Position numbers and translations under genes: made by a program
From: Candidatus Thermosaccharophagus tengchongensis
GTDB taxonomy: Bacteria; Armatimonadota; Fervidibacteria; Fervidibacterales; Thermosaccharophagaceae
Assembly (NCBI GenBank): GCA_032161105.1
Contig: JAVHTD010000002.1
Length of the DNA stretch: 64,000 nt
Direction: 5' to 3' (one strand)
In this document: positions 60,810-64,000 of the stretch, piece after piece
Layout of the letters: the number at the start of each line of letters is the position of its first letter
Position numbering within the stretch: position 1 is the first letter of the stretch
The notes under the pieces: model-generated
Told to the model about the DNA's origin: nothing
Database searches by the model: none
The model's input: the letters and a program-made list of their open reading frames with translations, nothing else

Positions 60810-63800
60810 ATGCCATTTGCAATATTTCGCAACCTCTGTCCAAACTGCGGCGGACACATAAATGCCGAGCGATTGGAATTAGGGCTTGCGTGTGAAAATT
60901 GCCTACAAATTGGCGATTTGAAGAAAACGGAGTCCATCCAGCAGCCACTGTGCGAACTTTTGAAGAGAGAAAACAACCTACGGAATTACCGCTGGGTTTG
61001 CTACTTGCACGAGACCGAAAAAGCATTTGAGGACTTTTTCCGGCGCCACCTCGGTTTTGAACTTTGGTCGCTTCAGAGGGTTTGGGCGAGGCGGGTGCTT
61101 TTGGGCGAAAGTTTCGCACTTATCGCACCAACGGGCGTGGGCAAAACCACATTCGGAATCTCAATGGCTCACTTCCTGCACGGAACCGCATACATTATCG
61201 TCCCGACAAGGATGCTCGTTGAGCAGGTCGCTGAAAGGTGTCAAGCCTTCGGGAACAAAAAGGTTGTCGCCTATTTGGGGCGGGCGAGAGAGCGGAAGGC
61301 AATTGAATCGGGCGACTACGAAATTCTCGTCACGACCAGCATGTTCCTTGCAACGAGTTTTGACTTGCTCAACGGGCGGCGTTTTGACTTCGTTTTCGTT
61401 GACGATGTTGATGCACTGCTTAAATCTGGGCGCAATGTTGACAAAGTCCTGAAATTGCTCGGTTTCTCCGACGAGGAAATTGAAAACGCATGGGCTCAAG
61501 TGACCAAAAAAGTGCCAGCCATTGCGGCGGTGAGTGAGGAATCCGAAGAAGTTGAGGAAACCGAAGACATTTTTGGTGAAGCAGAAGAACAGGAAAGTGA
61601 ACTTGAAACTCCCTCGTCCCTCGCCCCTCGTCCCCCGTCCCGCCCGAAGGGCATCCTTGTCGTTTCATCAGCAACTTTGCGACCGAGAACGAAGCGGGTT
61701 GCTTTGTTCCGAACTTTACTTGGTTTTGAGGTCGCTCCCGTTAGAGTCACCGTCCGCAACATTTGCGATGCTGTCAAGTGGGTTAAGGACTTTGAGGACG
61801 CAAAGCGCCAACTTGTCCGTTGGGTTAAACTGCTCGGTGATGGCGGGCTTGTGTTCGTTTCTGGGGAATTAGGGCGAGATGGTGTTGCGGAAATCACTTC
61901 CCACTTGAGACGGGAAGGCATCGCCGCTGCGCCTTACGATGACTTGGACTTAGAGGCATTTCGGTGCGGCGAAATCAAAGTCGCTGTCGGAATAGCGATC
62001 CCGACCAACGCTTTGGTTCGCGGCGTTGACTTGCCTGAAACAATTCGCTACGCCATCTTCGTTGATGTGCCCAAAATCAGTTTCCCACTGACAACTGATG
62101 ACCCGCGCAACTTTGTTGGGCTTTTATTGGCTTTGCGGGAAGTGAGCGATGACAAGGCTCGCATTGACGCCTATTTGTCAACGATGCGCCAATACCGCTA
62201 CCTTCGCCCCGACCAACCTTTGCCGAGGCGAGTTCAGGAAATCGCCGATTATCTGAGGCAGCAATTTAGCGACGAGCAAGTTTTGGCGAAACTTGAAAGT
62301 GCCGAGACTGTAACTTTGCACCGCCGCAACGGTCAATTTTTCGTCACATTCGGCGATGCGGCAAGTTACTTGCAGGCTTCAGGTCGGACATCCCGCCTTT
62401 TTGCTGGCGGAATAAGTCGCGGCGCGAGTTTGATCCTCGCTTGGGACAAAAAAGCCTTCAACAGTTTGCTACGAAGGCTTAGGCTCTTTTACGATGAGGT
62501 TGAGTTCGCCAACGCCGACGAGGTGGACTGGAAGACGGAATTGCGCAAAGTTGATGAAGACCGACAGCGCATCAAATCCTTGCTATCCGTAGGGGCAGTT
62601 TCAGTCGCAGCGAAAGAGACCCGCCCGGAAATTCGCACAACGCTTGTCATCGTTGAATCGCCGAACAAGGCTCGGACAATCGCTCACTTCTTCGGGACGC
62701 CGCAACGGCGAATCATCAATGGCTTGTCAGTTTGGGAGGTCACAACGGGAGACAGGCTTCTCGCCATTACAGCATCGCTCGGTCATGTTTTTGACTTGGT
62801 TGAGCGTGAGGGAATTTACGGCGTCCTTCAACTTGACAGCCAATTCGTGCCTGTCTACGGCTCAATCAAGTCATGTCCCAATTGCGGTGAGCAAACAACT
62901 GAGGAAACTTGTTCTTGTGGCAAGCCGCCAGAGAGGGACAAGTTAACGCTGATTCAAGCGTTGCAGAGGGTTGCCGTTCAATTTGACGAAATCGTGATTG
63001 CCACTGACCCAGATTCAGAAGGCGAAAAAATCGGTTACGATTTGATGGCTGCGCTCAAGCCTTTCAATCCGAACATCGTCCGAGCGGAATTCCACGAAGT
63101 CACGAGGCGCGCCTTCACTCAAGCCCTTCAATCGCCGCGAGAGATTGAGCGAAACCTTGTCAAGGCACAAGTGACGAGGCGAATTCTTGACAGGTGGGTT
63201 GGGTTTGAGTTATCGCGACGGCTTTGGCAAGTTTTTGACCGTTATGACCTTTCTGCTGGACGGGTCCAAACCCCTGTCCTTGGCTGGGTTATAGAGCGGA
63301 CGGACTTGTCGCGTCAAAAGAAGGCACGCATCATTGTCCAACTCGCTGACCCCAAATCCAAAACCCAAATCCAACTCACCTTTGAACACGAGAATATCCC
63401 GCAAGCCCGGAAGTTGTTTGAGCGGTTGGAGCAAGCAAAACTCAGCGTCAGTGAAATCGGAGAAGAAATTGTCAACCCGCAACCACCTTACAACACGGGA
63501 ACGCTACTTGCCGATGCCGGTTCGTTCGCATCGGCAACTCAGGTGATGGATGTTTTGCAGGATTTGTTTGAGCGAGGTCTCATCACCTACCACCGAACCG
63601 ATAGCGTTCGCGTTTCCGATGCCGGTTTGAAAGTTGCTGAGGAGTTGTTGAAGGAGCGTTATGACCCGTCGCTGTTTCAACCGCGCCGTTACGGAACCGA
63701 AGGTGCCCACGAATGCATTCGCCCAACCCGTCCCTTGACAGAAGACGATTTGAGGCTTTGGCTTTCCGCAGGTCGCGTCTCCCTTGACAACCCAAGCCTT

Positions 63801-64000
63801 GCCTTGCGAATTTACGGCATGGTTGTGCGCAGGTTCTTGGCATCGCAAATGAAACCTGCAAGGGTAAGGAAAGTCAAGGTCACTTTGCAGTTGGGCAATT
63901 GGCAGCACGAATGGGAAGTTATCGCCGAGGTCATTGAGGAAGGTTTCCATCGTGTCTTTCCGCTTCGCGTTCAACCTGTTACGCCCGAGATGAAAGTTGT
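60810..64000 (+). CDS. rgy: Reverse gyrase (3' partial; not in ORF track)
   Basis: Manual translation: MPFAIFRNLCPNCGG..CENC zinc finger, APTGVGKT, VDDVDA, VSSAT, RGVDLP, IVESPNKA (Toprim), ATDPDSEGE, SAGRVQ and ITYHRTDS (catalytic Tyr at 63588-63590, same frame as the start). Confidence 0.96.
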   Translation, partial: MPFAIFRNLCPNCGGHINAERLELGLACENCLQIGDLKKTESIQQPLCELLKRENNLRNYRWVCYLHETEKAFEDFFRRHLGFELWSLQRVWARRVLLGESFALIAPTGVGKTTFGISMAHFLHGTAYIIVPTRMLVEQVAERCQAFGNKKVVAYLGRARERKAIESGDYEILVTTSMFLATSFDLLNGRRFDFVFVDDVDALLKSGRNVDKVLKLLGFSDEEIENAWAQVTKKVPAIAAVSEESEEVEETEDIFGEAEEQESELETPSSLAPRPPSRPKGILVVSSATLRPRTKRVALFRTLLGFEVAPVRVTVRNICDAVKWVKDFEDAKRQLVRWVKLLGDGGLVFVSGELGRDGVAEITSHLRREGIAAAPYDDLDLEAFRCGEIKVAVGIAIPTNALVRGVDLPETIRYAIFVDVPKISFPLTTDDPRNFVGLLLALREVSDDKARIDAYLSTMRQYRYLRPDQPLPRRVQEIADYLRQQFSDEQVLAKLESAETVTLHRRNGQFFVTFGDAASYLQASGRTSRLFAGGISRGASLILAWDKKAFNSLLRRLRLFYDEVEFANADEVDWKTELRKVDEDRQRIKSLLSVGAVSVAAKETRPEIRTTLVIVESPNKARTIAHFFGTPQRRIINGLSVWEVTTGDRLLAITASLGHVFDLVEREGIYGVLQLDSQFVPVYGSIKSCPNCGEQTTEETCSCGKPPERDKLTLIQALQRVAVQFDEIVIATDPDSEGEKIGYDLMAALKPFNPNIVRAEFHEVTRRAFTQALQSPREIERNLVKAQVTRRILDRWVGFELSRRLWQVFDRYDLSAGRVQTPVLGWVIERTDLSRQKKARIIVQLADPKSKTQIQLTFEHENIPQARKLFERLEQAKLSVSEIGEEIVNPQPPYNTGTLLADAGSFASATQVMDVLQDLFERGLITYHRTDSVRVSDAGLKVAEELLKERYDPSLFQPRRYGTEGAHECIRPTRPLTEDDLRLWLSAGRVSLDNPSLALRIYGMVVRRFLASQMKPARVRKVKVTLQLGNWQHEWEVIAEVIEEGFHRVFPLRVQPVTPEMKV
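61611..61641 (+). repeat. Heptamer tandem repeat inside the reverse gyrase gene
   Basis: CCCTCGT CCCTCGC CCCTCGT CCCCCGT CCC, read in frame as PSSLAPRPPS. Confidence 0.75.

Noticed and set aside
62589..62602. GTAGGGGCAG REP-like start inside rgy
   Set aside because: Too short and no complementary arm; could be chance
60649..63974. Many short ORFs in the track after 60.6 kb
   Set aside because: All overlap the continuous reverse gyrase frame, which the track omitted because it has no stop in the window

Overview
Chromosomal window from a probably thermophilic bacterium. Reverse gyrase, a prepilin-type DUF1559/H-X9-DG protein and several sugar isomerases suggest Armatimonadota/Fervidibacteria-like affinity (inference, not tested). 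1-3.4 kb: ArsA-like ATPase and two sugar isomerase genes. 4.0-26.7 kb: the str-S10-spc-alpha ribosomal superoperon through truA-rplM-rpsI. It has no tuf after fusA, a second degenerate EF-G inserted between rpsQ and rplN, and a 122-nt rpsE/rpmD overlap. 26.8-57.3 kb: LysM/NlpC endopeptidase, argC-argJ, a pilin-like gene, a 3x131-bp palindromic array, an alpha-2-macroglobulin with an internal GspG-like pseudopilin domain, pyrD-nfi, a surface-glycan cluster, an orphan Mo-hydroxylase large subunit, an amidase, tmRNA and mutS2. 57.4-60.8 kb: an orphan ThaI-like restriction endonuclease with an apparent Sec signal peptide and no adjacent methyltransferase, then a decayed, REP-rich stretch. 60.8 kb to the end: reverse gyrase (partial, absent from the supplied ORF track). 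All family calls come from motif recognition by eye; no database search was run.
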